From Paramecium tetraurelia (Eukaryota): DNA of 64,000 bases. Below the pieces are notes generated by a model, which made no database searches, was not told where the DNA came from, and worked only from the letters and a program-made list of their open reading frames with translations. The DNA lies in assembly GCA_000165425.1 (NCBI GenBank), contig CT868063.1:186001-250000 (forward strand), in the 5' to 3' direction. Shown one piece after another: positions 42,354 through 58,221 of the stretch. The translations under genes and the position numbers were made by a program. Every line of letters starts with the position of its first letter. The first letter of the stretch is position 1.

Positions 42354-43127
42354 ATGAAATAAATATTAACATATACAATCATTTTTAAGAAGCTGCAATT
42401 GTCATTAAACGCGAATATCGACTTCAATATTGAAATTAAAAGTCTAGATAAAAATGTGTCATTGCTTAAATACATGAAGATTAATCATTAATATGAATAA
42501 TACATGGAGGTGAAATGCATAGTTACAAAGGTTAATCTCAAATATGAAGAAAAAATTGTAAGTTTGAAGACATTATTGTATATAAGAGAAAATTAAGTAT
42601 AGTCTTAAGTGATGGAAAGAGTAAAAAGATTGCCGGCTTTGTATAATTTGATTTGTCTGTTGCTCTCAATCTAAATATGAGATAGAAAGAATATACTTTA
42701 AATCTAATTTAATGTCCTGACACTAAAGCTTTTGTTGAATTCACCTTGCTGATCAATTCATTGAATTTCGTGAATCCCGATAGCGATATAGATGTACACA
42801 AACAACTATAACAAAAAGTCTATGACCTCAAGAGCCTTGAGCCAAAACGAAAGCCAGGAAAAAAGAAAAATAAAGGTTGAAAATGCTTAGCTGGAAAACG
42901 AACTAATTAAAGTAAAATAAGATTTATAGATTGTTGAAGCTTAATATTAATTTTTAGGTAGTCAATACAAATAGCTATAAATCTAATTAGACGAAAAGAC
43001 AATTGAAAATGCTGATTTGCAGTACTAAGTCTAATAATTATGCAATTTAAATACTGTTTGTATTGAGAAAATCAAATATTATGAAAAACTCCATTCTGAA
43101 TAACCATAATCATAAAAATAAAAATGA
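42354..43127 (+). CDS. NT-C2 domain plus coiled-coil protein; frame break at ~42840-42880
   Basis: SDGKSKKIAGFVQFDLS...LNLIQCPDTKAFVEF is typical of NT-type C2 domains; a coiled-coil continues in a shifted frame to TGA at 43125. Confidence 0.65.
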
Positions 43128-44092
43128 ATTTTCTATATTATTTAATTAGAAAATTTAATAAGAATTGATTAAGCTCTAACCTAACTTTGCAAACTTATAT
43201 ATCCATATGAAATCAACCAATATCAAGATACAAATTACTTAATTTTTATGTTTAGAATAATGTATATCTTGATATGATATTTTAATCATCAATAAATTAG
43301 AGCAATTGAGATTATCTAAATTGAAAAATCTATATAAATAAGAAATCTGATTAGTATAAATCAATCTTTAAATTTTTGCTCTTTTTCATTCAAAAATTGA
43401 TGAAAACTAATAAAAGCACCATAGATTAATGCTCTTTTCTTTGTGGGAAGTATAACAATTTTGGAAAATTTCGTTTACTTATTATTTCTATTTTTAATAA
43501 CTGCTATGATGATTTCATTGGGGTTTGGCTTATTTTTTTATTTATAAAGCTTAATTCAAAATCGTAATTCGACAATTATTGTAAACTGTAATCCGATCTT
43601 GTTCATGACATTTTCTTATGGATAGGAACAACTGAAGCTAATCTAAATTTAGCTTCGGGCTTATTTTTCTTTATCGTTACTTATTCCACTATTCAAATTA
43701 TTAAGCTTTATCGCACATTCTTTTATTGTAATTTCTTAATATATAGTCTTCTTCTTCTTCTCTAAGAATTAAGCTTTGCTTTTTCAAATATATCATCAAT
43801 TATTAGTTCTACATGTTTCTTAAATCTAATTTTTAGTATTTGAGTAAAATTAGCTGATTTTAATGTGTAATATCTCCACTTACAATTAAGATAACTCATT
43901 TGTTTAATTCATTAATTATGATTTTATGCAAAAATACAAATTAAGTTTAAAAAAATAAATATCCATTAATTAATCATATAAAAAAGAATAGTAAATTCAT
44001 CGTAAATTTCTAAAAAATAAGCTATTGTAAATAGATTTTTTAATGTATCTTCATTAAATTTTATAATAATTTTTAATTAGTACTAAGATCTT

Positions 44093-44383
44093 ATGTTTAA
44101 TGATGATAGTTAATTTATAAAATAATTTATCAGGATAATATCTTCAAAATATACTGTACAAATAATAGAGATCAAGGAACTAAACTTGAAACTATCTTAA
44201 TATTTAGATATGGCTTTATTTTAAGATAAAAATTTGACTAAAAGGATTATTACAATGTTGATAAAAATAAAATTGCAGGTACTCTAAAAACCCTAATCCA
44301 TTCTATAAATAAAATAAATATACTTAATAAGTATATCTTATCTCAATAAAGTATTTTTATTAAATAGAAACTGTATATAATGA
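44093..44383 (+). CDS. small hypothetical ORF (97 codons)
   Basis: Open code-6 frame ATG..TGA only; no motifs, and such ORFs arise easily with a single stop codon. Confidence 0.2.
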
Positions 44384-44399
44384 CGAAAAATTAATTAAA

Positions 44400-45192
44400 T
44401 CAAATTTTTAAACCAAAGTATGCCGATAAGCCTGCTGGTCGAAGTTTAGGGAAGGAATTTTGCTATTGTGTTTTCTTATTCTCATTGCTTTTATCCTTAA
44501 ATAACTATTTAAAGTAATTTAAGTTTTCTTCCTAGCGTTATTACATTACTATCATGGTATCTAATTTTTTAATAAGGGAATGTCTATCCTAATTATAAAA
44601 CTCATATTACTTTCATTTTATGATTATCTTATTAATATTATTCTAAATTTGCAAATAACATTTTATTTTATATCTCTAGTTAATCAGATTTACTTTAAAG
44701 TTATACAATTTGATAAGAAAGCTTGTCTAATTGATTTTCTAATTGTTTTTCCTTTAAAAAAGCACTTGCATTTAAAATAAAATCATTTACTCCTACTTTT
44801 CTTGGAGTTAAGGAGTTACTATCTGTTCTATTCCTCTTTGCCCATATTTAACTAACATGACTGACGTGGCATGATTTCTTTTATGTACTTTTGATTTCTT
44901 CATTAGACTTTCTTATGCTTATATCCTCTGCTCTAGCCTCTTTATTTAAATTGAATAGATTCAAATTTTATTATACTATTTCTCTATAACTTTAAGATCC
45001 TCCTCCTATGGATCTGGAAATTTGTTTTACTTTTTTGGCTCCAAAAATTTATTTATGTTTATCAAAATATCCATTTTCTTATTTATTTTCTAACTTCGAT
45101 TGAGTTAATTTTTACAATAATTCTTATGATAAAATATTATCCTGTCGAAATTTTCTTGGCGTCTTTATATGATAAGAATTGCTTTTTTACAT
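44400..45192 (-). CDS. hypothetical protein
   Basis: MQKSNSYHIKTPRKFRQ... to ...LRPAGLSAYFGLKI-TGA. Confidence 0.55.
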
Positions 45193-45223
45193 AATATTGA
45201 TTTATTTATTATTAATATAACAA

Positions 45224-45657
45224 TCAGAAATTTAGGAAATCAAAAGCATTATCTTTTGGGTTAGGCTATTATTTTTATTTTGGTTATTCTTATGTAAACT
45301 AGGTTTGTTAAAAAATGTTGTATTATTATTATTGCATGTTAAATTGTGCGAAAGCTTATGAATAATTAAATTAACCACCCACAGGTTATTATTATAAGTT
45401 ATATAAATTCTATTGTTGCCCATATTAAACCTATTGTTGATTTACAGGTTATTATTTGTATAACTATTGAGGGTCTTATAATAATAATGCGTTTAATTGA
45501 ATTTATTCTTACTTCTATTATTAAGGCTACTATTAATAAGCTTACTATTGCTGATCCTTTTTGAGAAATCCAAAAGCATTCTTTTTTTATTATGGTTATT
45601 ATCCCGATTATGATTAAGTATTTAATATTTCATCAAAGCTGATACCCTATTATTACG

Positions 45658-45701
<44 letters not shown>

Positions 45702-45702
45702 G

Positions 45703-45734
<32 letters not shown>

Positions 45735-46882
45735 GATTATTATTATTATTATTAGTTTTGGTGTTGATTTTAATCATAATTTTATATTGACATTTCACTA
45801 AATGCCTCTAATAAATCTATTTGTTTATTTTTTTATTAATTCTATTATTATTATAACTATTATTAAGGTTACTATTGCGCTTATGGTTATTTTATTTTTA
45901 GAGATTTTAAATCAAGTTTTTATTGCTATGGTTATTTTTATTAAACTTCATTAATTCCTATTTCTATGAGATTCGGTTATTACTATACGACATTTTATTA
46001 TGACTTAGGAGGTTCACGAAATTCAAATTAAAATTCCTTAACAAATTAAGATAGAAATTACCTTTTACTTTTATGATTGTTATCCATTAATCTCTAATAG
46101 AGTTTACTCAATTGCAGATTATAATACTTATTAATCTGTATTAATTTTTAGATAATTCTAATTAATTTAAAAGAATTCTCTATAGTTTTGATATTGCTAG
46201 CTTATAAATTGAATCGCATATATGCATCTCTAAAGAATAGATCTAAATTGTTTACAATTTAAACTTTCCAATTTTCTTCACTATAGAGCTTATTCAATAG
46301 TATGCTACCAATCAACTATTCTTATAAAGTCTAACAAGCTCTTCCGAATTCCTTAAGAACGGAATCACTTTATTTCAATTTAATTCCACCTAATTTAGTA
46401 GCTTCTTCTACCTGATGGAATTCGAATTCGCTAAACTAATATAGAATATAAGTACAATCCTCCAATTTCTAATTCTTCGTAGTTTAATAGTTATCCTTTC
46501 TTATATTCTGTCACTCTGCTTAATTAAATATTATTATTATAGGATTAAGGTGGCAGTAGTACATCAATATTCGCTTTATTTTCATTTTACTTAGGTGGAG
46601 TATCATTAATTAGATTGACATTATTAGTCGGCTTGTTTGACAATATTTATTGTTATTATTATTAGGGCTCTTCATCATCCCAGCCTAAAGCTAATATAAT
46701 TTTTAACCTCCTCCCGGTCTCCCTTTTTATCTTGGTTAAGTAGTTTGAGGTAATTAAACAGCTGGTATTAGGGGAGGTTGATAAGTTCCATTTTACTATC
46801 CAAATAAAGTATTCTCTATTTTTATTCCTGCAGGCACATCATCTTGAGGTTGCTTTCTAAATTTATTTAGTATCGATGACAT
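45224..46882 (-). CDS. TEPSIN: tepsin-like AP-4 accessory protein (tVHS domain, no N-terminal ENTH)
   Basis: GRPGGGWDD, VEEATKLGGIKL...KEFGRAC...NWKVQ...RCIYAI (tVHS-like), poly-Gln, C-terminal NAFGFL and NAFDFLNF. Confidence 0.65.
45655..45755 (-). repeat. (TAA)n trinucleotide tract encoding poly-Gln interrupted by Ser
   Basis: (att)n on the + strand; in frame on the - strand as TAA codons punctuated by TCA/TCG. Confidence 0.9.
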
Positions 46883-47016
46883 TTTCAATAATTTAATCAA
46901 TTAGAAATAATTTTAAATTATTGATCTATGATAGGTATAAGTATTAAACAGAATAATTTTTTAAGTTCACTATTAGACAATAAAACTAAAAAATAATCTT
47001 GACCTTAGATATATAA

Positions 47017-48449
47017 TCACTTTTTGCTCAAAACATTTGCAGGGCTTTATTTTTTTTGCTTTTTGTTTCAAATTTTTTAGAAACATTAAATTTTCTTCTG
47101 GTTAAATATTTCAAACTTTCTAAAGGAGCTTTTCCGATTGTATTCATCTTTTTAGTCATATTGTTCTGAATTTTTTATAATTAAGAATCTGAAGGGTACA
47201 TTTTCGAGAATTATTCCTAAGCATTTTCCAACTAAGTTTATAAAATGAAAATATACTTAGGTAATAAAATCGCCAATCTAATTCTTTACATCTAAGCTTA
47301 GACTATGATGACTGAAATTGTTAGTTGGATGATTTTATTTACTTATTACATTTTAACTTTTAAAGTAATGTAAATCTTCTAATCTTCTATCATCTCGAAG
47401 CGACACAAAAGATCCAGGTTTGATTTCTGGTAAAGTGCCTTGACTGAAATGATGCAAAGGACCTATTCTCTTCCCAACTTGACCTCCTTAAGTAGGTCCA
47501 TTTATCGTGGGCAATTTGATATCTTTACTAATACTACGACTCTTAATAAGGATTTGCTTAGAACTTCTATTCTCAACTGAGGATGGATGTTGTTGTAATT
47601 CTTTTAATTGCTATTATTATTGCTTCAAGACTTTGGGATTTGGAGGTTAAGGTATTCTATTTTTATAGAGCATTTTGGTTGTTTTCTCAAGAAGCTATAA
47701 AACCTTTTGGGATTATTCTTTGAATTTCCTTCCTTGTTTAATAGTTAATTCATCCTTCCCAAAATCTAGATGAAGGGCTTGTGGTATTTATTATTCAGAA
47801 CTTATCGAATCTCGATGCCTTTTCTTCTCTTTTTCATATTATTTGTCTATTTCAGATTAAGCATTTTTTTGATTTATATCCGTAATTAATTTATCTATTC
47901 CAGTATAAAATTTTTGATTTGTTGATTTGCCCTCCTCTATTTCCTCGGTTTTCTAATGAGCATTTTCATCAAATTGAAGGTATCCAGAGATATTTGGTTT
48001 CGTCCTGTACTTTTATGTTTTTGCAATGTACTTTTTACTTTTCGAAACAATTTCTGCATAATCAAATAAATCATCATTATCACTATCTGAAGGACTACGT
48101 TTGAATGACTTAAACACCTTTTTCTATGTTTTTTTCCTTTATTAATCATTAAGACTCTTGAGAAACTGTTTAACATCAATAAATGTATCCATATTGGCAA
48201 AATCCTTCATTTTATTCTCAAAATGCTGCTCCTTTGATATTTTGTTGATTTTCATCTTTTTTCTCTCATTTTATAGCACTTTATTGATATTCTAACTTAC
48301 TAGCCTATTTTCTTTATAAGATATTTTAAATTACTCTTTAGTGTATCCTCATCATCATAAGATTCTTCTGTCCCAATCTACTTGATCCCTTTTTTTTTTT
48401 CTAATTAAGCTTTAACAAATTTATAAAAATCTTCTTCAAAGTCAAGCAT
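47017..48449 (-). CDS. hypothetical protein
   Basis: MLDFEEDFYKFVKAQLE... to ...PANVLSKK-TGA with short introns. Confidence 0.6.
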
Positions 48450-48616
48450 AATAATTAATATTCATAAAAAATCATTATAACATTCTTATCATTCTCTATA
48501 CATCATTTGGATAGTGGTTAACATAATAAAAATAATTGTACACAAGAATGTGGATTATCAATTCCTTAATAGTTTTGAATTTTTATTATATAAATGTATG
48601 TTGGAAATATTATAAA

Positions 48617-51214
48617 TCACAATATGACCATTTTATTTTCATTTCTAACAATAAACTTATTAAAGTCATTAGTTTTTGAAGGAACTGTTGAAATCCATTT
48701 ATTCTTTTCCAAACTATAAATATTAATTAATATATTACGTTAAATTTGAATCTAATTTTTCTTTAAGTTGCTCAAAAGAGTCAATAATTTCTGATTGTCT
48801 CAAATTAGTTATAGTTTTATCATCTTATTCAAGTTTAGTAAGCCAGTCATTCTAATCTATCACATTTATTTGAGGAGGTTTATCTTCATCACTATCATCA
48901 TCTGTCATATGATCATCCAATTCTTTTTCTGCCATTATTGTTGGACAATAAAATTCAATTTATTCATCAAAACCATAATCATAAGCCAATTGCATATTTT
49001 TTTCTTAATAAAAGAATTGATCCAAAGGAAGTTCATACAATAAATTTAGATTTTGGTAGCCTGGTGTTCTATTGATGAATTCTTGCTTTAAAACCTAATG
49101 ATTCTAAGCAATATCAGGATCCAGATCAGCCCCAACTCCATTCACTTTACTAAACATAAGAGGATAGAATGTATTCAAAGGAGTACCATCATTAAATTAT
49201 TGATATAATCTTAATGTCTTATTTGCTTTAAGTATTTGATAGCTTTCCACTTCAGGAGGTTTAGAATATATGTTCCTGACAATATTATCATTTTAAGTTT
49301 AAAGTATTTAAGTGACAGGACCCATTATACCTCTAAGGGATTTTTCCTCTTCCGCTCCATCCCTTAAAGGTTTATCAATTACAGGTGGATGATACACAAT
49401 TTAAGGAGGTTCCCACACTTTATATTACATGATTTCACAATCATCACTTGGCAATTCATCAAAAGGAGCTAGATCATCAAAACCAGTTTATGGTGTGATG
49501 GTATATTTAAATTATGAGTTTGTATTGGATTCTGAATATTGAACTGGTAATTTCAATACTCCAAGATTGTCTGAGTTGAATTCAAAGGTGAATTTAACCT
49601 GAATAATTAATTAAAATTCATACAAAATCTTTTTTACCGACACCTGAATGCTCTGCTTTTTGGCAATCCAAATTCACTAGTTATTTGACTTCTGCTCTTG
49701 TTGTTGCTCCTTTTAAAAACGCCTTTAACTTCGACAATCTTTTTTCCATTCTTAATTTATAGATAATTCTGCTAGCTGCACATACAAATTTTCTCAAGTT
49801 CTAAATAAGTTTATAATAAGTTTTACAAGCTTTTTGATTTTCATAGTGTCATTCTTATCTAAATCCCAACTCAATTAATTTTCAGGGAGAATGTAATCAA
49901 CAACAGTGCTATCAGCATTAATCTATAATTTATATCTTGTTGTTCCTTTGGCTTAAACATCATCTAGATAGTTATTAAGATATTATTGTCTTTCTAGTAG
50001 AATGTCATCTACTTGAGTTTCAGTTATTGGTGGATCTCCGACACATTAAAAAAATCTCATTTCTTTTTCCTTATCCAAACTTTGGATTTGATTAAAATGA
50101 TCTAAATATGATTTTTCTAATAACTTTTGTTATTTAATACTTTACTTGTCTGCCTTTTAATTTATCATTTCCCATGTTTTCAGTAGACTCTTGTTATTGA
50201 GAAAGAGATCTTTTTAATTTATTGCTCTTGGTCATTTTCAAGGTTTTTGATCGTTCTTATATTTGATTCTCAACCTATTCTGTTTCTCCAGGTTTTGGAC
50301 TCTGTCCAACAGGAATCTCTTAAGTATTCTATAGAAGTTTAGCTCTAGAGGAATTGGTAATAGATTTTAATTTTTTCGTTGAACTAGGTCTCATGGCTTT
50401 TTTGTTTTCAGGGAATCTACCAGATCCCATAATTTTTATACACAAGGGTTCAAAATCAAATTAAGCAATTTTAAGCTAAAATTTATGAGGATCTTATTAC
50501 TTCAACTTCCATAATTTCTGTGACATTCACTTATGGACAATAGGTAATGGAAATATCAATTGCTCCTTTGCCTGGCACAATTCCTTTGATTGGATCAATT
50601 TTGATGTCTTGACAATCTTTTGTAATGCTGAATTCAAACTCGAAATTCAGGGGCACTTTACTTTATATCGGATAGCTCTATTGTAATAATCGTGGTTTAC
50701 ATATGTTTATGACTCGCCTATGTCCAAAGTGCCAAAGTCAATTAGACGAGGAAATAATTCTCTTAATCCATCTCGACTGAGGGCAGGATAAGCATGTATA
50801 GGTATAAGCAAAGTATCGTCTTGAGTGTTGATTCTTATAACATCGTAAAAGTATTTATATTCTTAAGGTTTGAATTAAACATAAAGCTCTTCTGCCATTC
50901 CACTGGGAATAGCACCTTTTTTATCAAATTTGACATTAAATATTTCTGATTTTGGAGGAAACACATAGATCCTTTGAGGTTGTTTATTTTTATTGATAAC
51001 TTTCACTTTAATCTCATTTAGTTTGCCAATTTCAAAACCACAAAATTTAACTACTGCAGGTTCAACAATAACATTTTAATTCTTTCCAACTTTATCATAT
51101 TCATCTTATTCACTAATTTAAACAAATACATTTTTTCTCCATAATATCCTTATTCTTAATTATTGGCATTTTCAGCAAATTCGTGGGTACTTCTATAGAG
51201 GTTACACTTTACAT
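48617..51214 (-). CDS. CFAP221: cilia- and flagella-associated protein 221 (PCDP1-like)
   Basis: VEPAVVKFCGFE...VFPPKS..FNV...PSGMA...FKPQEYKYFYDVIRI...LLIPIHAYP matches the CFAP221 N-terminal ASH/Ig-like domains. Confidence 0.85.
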
Positions 51215-51334
51215 TAATTTATATATATATAAATAATAAAATAAGTTTTCCCAAGCTTCCATAATTTTAAGAATAAAAATATAGAGATGTGAATTGAAAC
51301 TCTCTTTTAATTTATACATATCAATGAAGCAATT

Positions 51335-54300
51335 TCAATGATGTTTTTTTTTCTCTTGTAATGAAGTACGCTTGATTTAGGAATATCTCTCTTAAATCTA
51401 TTGATCCTTATGAGGATCTAAATCTAACTGTTTTAGCATTTAAGTATTTAATGAATCCACTTGATCATCAAAAATCAAGCAAACCCCGTCTTTAGTTGCA
51501 AGACATTCTGTTTCCTAAGGTGGAATATACCTAGCAATATAATAATTAAGTATACGAATATTATGGATAAACTTTGTTATTTATATCTTTCAGTTCTCCT
51601 CTAAATAAGTAACCTCCAAAAATGAAATCACATTTTTGATTCTAAGTTAGTTTCTTCAATTTGCTTTTTGTTCTGAAGAAGTCCAATAATCTTTTGATTT
51701 CCAAATTGACCAATGGACCTGCTTAACTTTCAAACATCTTCCTTAAGTATTCTAGTATAAAAATAAGAATTACCTATAGAATTGATATAAATTTTAAATT
51801 CGAACTCGGGATTCTTTTGCATGAGTTCTCTAAGAATCTTTAAATTCAAAGAATAAAGTAAGGAGTCAGCAGTAGCCTTGGCTGTACTCATGCAAGTACC
51901 ATCCCCAATTAAATTAGTGTAAGTAATCAGTGATCCAAGACCTTTCTTAATTGAACCTCCCTCAAATTCATCAACCACATTTCCTTTGCTGATAATAAAT
52001 ATATTTTGACATGTCATTCCTTACTCATAAATTATCTCGTCACATGCAAATCTTTTTTCATAAGAACTTTTGATTATGTTATCCAAATCAGTTGAAACAA
52101 GCCCTGAGAATATTGGGAATTCCATAGCTAAAACATGAAATGAAGGTAAAACCATTTCAAATTAATGATTTTCTAAATCAACTAATCTATTATTGATTTC
52201 CTTCTTTAATAATTAATATTCCTTTTCATCTACTAGTCCATTTTATTGAGTGTCATCAAGATAATGTCTTTGATGAGTTAGAATTGAATGAGATGCTCTC
52301 TTTGTTTAAATGGCTCTAACAATTTCTGGGAATGTATCATTCAATATACCCAAATAACCTTCAGCCTTATCAATCTCTCTTGTCATTTCTTCCATTACAA
52401 GTCTCACTGCATCCTTGCCCATAGGGAAACTGTCAGTTAAGTGTAAAACTTCACCCGCACATGATAAAAATGTAGTAGTAACATCATAGACGAAACCTAA
52501 ATGCTTTATCATATACTCTTTAGCAAATGCACCAATTAATGGTATTTCTTTAACTTTAAAAAAGAAATTGACACTGCTAAAATTAAGGAAATTCTTGTAT
52601 AATTAATCCCAAATATTTAGTATAGATTTTGTGTGATCCAATCCAATATCACTAGATTCTACTAATAATCTTACAGTATCTTCTTCACATAATCCATATT
52701 CAAATTTATCATAATATAATCCTTTCAGAATTCTATAGATTCTATATCTTACTTCTCCAAAGATTTCCTAATCAGTCAATCCTTCATATAAATTTGATGA
52801 ATTGGCTGCAACTTTATTACTTCCAACCATATATTTAATCTCTGTCTCTAATTTTTCAATTTTCTCTATAAATTTAGGTTATCCAATTAATTAATTCACT
52901 TAATTCCAATCAGCCATACTATAAAATTGATCAGATTCTAATTCTCTCATTTTGTCCTAAGAATTTACTATCAACTCTTCTAAATATTTCTTATAAACTT
53001 TCTTTTTCACGACAGGATTTTCAATCATTTCCAAATACTACACAAGTGCCTTGCAAGTTGTACCATTAACTAAATTAGTTATTGCAGCCATTCCTGCTGC
53101 ATAAAACACTGATAAATGTCTAAATCTTGCAGGTAATTCTTCATCACAACCAACCATAAGTGAAAGTGTCAAACCAAGAGCTCCTCTTAAACCACCGTAA
53201 ACTAAAACAATGAATTCTGGCTTGGAGATTGGATAACCAAAACACCTTAAAAGTGGCCAAAATGTTAGGATCATAATGAATCTAGCCAAAATCATAAAAA
53301 AGTAAAACACAATCATTCTAATGTAATCAGATTTATGGATAAATGTTTCTTCAATCACCTATGTTCCAACAATGATTCCAACCAATACAAATACTAATGT
53401 ATCACAAGAGTATTAAACAAATCCCCAAACAGTATGGACTGAATGCTCAACAGAAGATCTAATCCTAGTTTTACCAAATGCACTCCAAAACAATCCTAAT
53501 CCCACAACTGCTAGCAAACCACTTGTTTTAAAAAAGCAAAATTCAGCCCAATAAAAGGTCAGATAAGTAAAAACAAAGGTTAACCAAGTAACTTCGATAT
53601 CATCTCCTAAGATTCTCTTTGTCCATAGCGCTGCCAATATACCTAATACCAAGCCTAGTATTGGCCCTACAAAGGAGTTTCTTATGAAATTGATGACCAC
53701 TTAACTTGCAGTAACAGCCTCTCCTTTTCCACTTTGCGCTTTTGAAAATTTATTAAAGAAGATGAAAAACACCATTGCAACACCATCATTTAGCAAAGCT
53801 TCTCTTAAATATTGTAATTTAATACCCCTCAATTAAGTGATTGAATGCTAAACTTGCACCCAATTCTTTAAGTAATGCCACCACAGCCACTGGATCTGTT
53901 GCTGACAACACTGACCCAAGTGTAAACGCTTAGTACCATGTCATATCATTATCATCATATTATAAAACTAATTTAAACACTCCTCCCAAAAGAATTGCTC
54001 CCTAAATTTAGATTCAATAATACCCAACCACATCCTGGACCTGCTAACAATAGAATATTCACCATCTGATACTTAAAAGTATACCAATCGCAATTAAATG
54101 CTGATTCAAAAAGCAAAACTGGAACAAACACAAAAACAATCAGATGAGGATGCATTTTTGATAAAATACTTGCACTTTCACCTATATAACCTAAACTCTT
54201 CTAAAGCAATCCTATTAATATGCCTAATGATAATATCATAGGTGAATAAGGAAATCTACTCAATACAATTATGCTTTACTTTGTTTTTTTATTGATTTCT

Positions 54301-54449
54301 CTCAAAATCAACCCTGAAACAATTCCAAGAGTAAGAAAATAGACTATGTTTGCAGATTTCTCCATAGCATGTTCATCTCTCCATAAAGAATCCTTGGGAG
54401 CTTCTAATTCTTCTTCACCGCCTTCAAATTCATGTTCATGTTCAGCCAT
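51335..54449 (-). CDS. Na+/H+ exchanger, SOS1/SLC9C-like, with C-terminal CNBD-like region
   Basis: VPVLLFESAF, LAGPG, SATDPVAVVALLKELGA, EALLNDGVA, GGLRGALGL, LVNGTT; long cytosolic tail with a CNBD-like segment (IYEQG...IFIISKG). Confidence 0.9.
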
Positions 54450-54804
54450 AGAAATTAATTAATAAAAATAAATTATTGAACCATCTTTATTTAAAATATT
54501 TAATTATCTTTTCATCTAAAATTATTTATAAAAGAATAGAATTATTACAATCACGTTACAATGTAATTATTGATTCCAAATATTCCAAATTGAACTGGAG
54601 AATTTAATAAAATACATCAATAAATGTTTAAAGTATATTATTAGATTTGAGAATAAACATATATAATTAAATACAAAAATGTAGAATTTTTACAATTCAC
54701 CATCTAAATACTGATGTTGTAATTGTCTTTCAAAAGTTAAATTTTTATAAATTAAAGATTTATTGCTATTTTTGTATCATTTTAAATATACGGATTTAAT
54801 GTTA

Positions 54805-56007
54805 TCAATCTATAAAGGATTTCAATTTATCAATCTTTTGTTCTTCTGTCAAGTGTATCCACTCATGATAATTTATATCGTAAACCTTGTATTTGCTTGT
54901 GGCACTCAAATGCCTCTACTTATTAATAAATGTATACCTGCTTTACATGATATGATTTGGATTTATCGTTAATATCTTTCCATTTAAGTCTTCAACAAAA
55001 TGAACAGGATCATTGCATGTTAAAATGATGTCATCATTGACTAAGTAATCTACATCATAAATCATAACTCGTTCAGCTCTTGCATTTTTATAACTTAATT
55101 TATTTAGTAAATCTTAAACATCTTATTCAAGGTTTGTTAAATTCCTGGATATAATATCTTCTTTGATATTCAATATATTTAATTTCTAAAAATTTAGGTA
55201 ATATTCAATGGATTAAAATGATTTTTTGTGATCAACAAGTTTTTTACTAATTATATAGTCCTTCAACATATCATTAAATTGGGGAGCGAAAACATTGCCA
55301 TCCTCTGGTTTTAACTCTAACAATGGTTTATCAATTATCTCTGGATACAAATTATACATAAGCTAACAATATTGAAAGCATGATTTTGAGGTGAAATAAG
55401 AATTTTAAGATGAATTTAATTTCTCTTAGAATCCTTTCAACAAAATTGATATGACTTGTTCATCAACGAAACCCATTCTGAGTAGATTTGATCTAATATG
55501 TAGATCGTGAATATATTCCAAATAATCCACTTAATCTTTTTATTTGATAAAGTTTTGTAGAACGAAATCACTTAACTTTTCATTATGTATATTCAGTTTG
55601 TAGAGACAATGCTAAAACTTAATCAAATCCTTGATTGAAAGCGTTTCCTTGTCTTAATCGACTTAGTTTATTATTTCTTGTACCATCTACTCATCATACA
55701 ACAAAACATTGCTGAGAGATAACAGTATTTAAGAATTAATTTCGTATGAATTCTTAACCATTTTTTTTCTGTATTATTTGAGACATTCTAACGTAATTTT
55801 CTTAGCTTTATCTCCCTAATTTCTACGTTCATGAAATGTTCCCAAAAATATGATGTAATGAATTAATTCGTCAGTTGAAATTTTTTGTAATTCATCGACT
55901 TGGAATAACTTTACATTGTTAAGTAGTTCCCTATAGAGTTCATTTGGCTATTTTATTTTAAATTTCTTGCTTAGATAGTTTTTACTAAAAATTAATGCCC
56001 GACTCAT
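54805..56007 (-). CDS. RAP-domain (FASTK-like) protein, probably mitochondrial
   Basis: C-terminal YDVDYL...NDPVHF...KQRHL...YKVYDINYHEW is the RAP pattern; helical-repeat-like body; basic N-terminus. Confidence 0.7.
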
Positions 56008-56026
56008 AATTGTAAATTTTATTTAA

Positions 56027-58080
<2,054 letters not shown>

Positions 58081-58221
58081 ATTTTATAATAATTAATATT
58101 TAGCGAATCTTTTGCAGATAAGGGGATTATAATAATTTATTGAGATTTGAGTATGATAAATTAATTATTTAATATATGTAATAAATCCGTTTTAAAGGTA
58201 TAACTATTATATTTATTAAAA

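Noticed and set aside
43270..43899. Possible minus-strand gene
   Set aside because: Frames are discordant with no clear introns or motifs; at best an eroded remnant.
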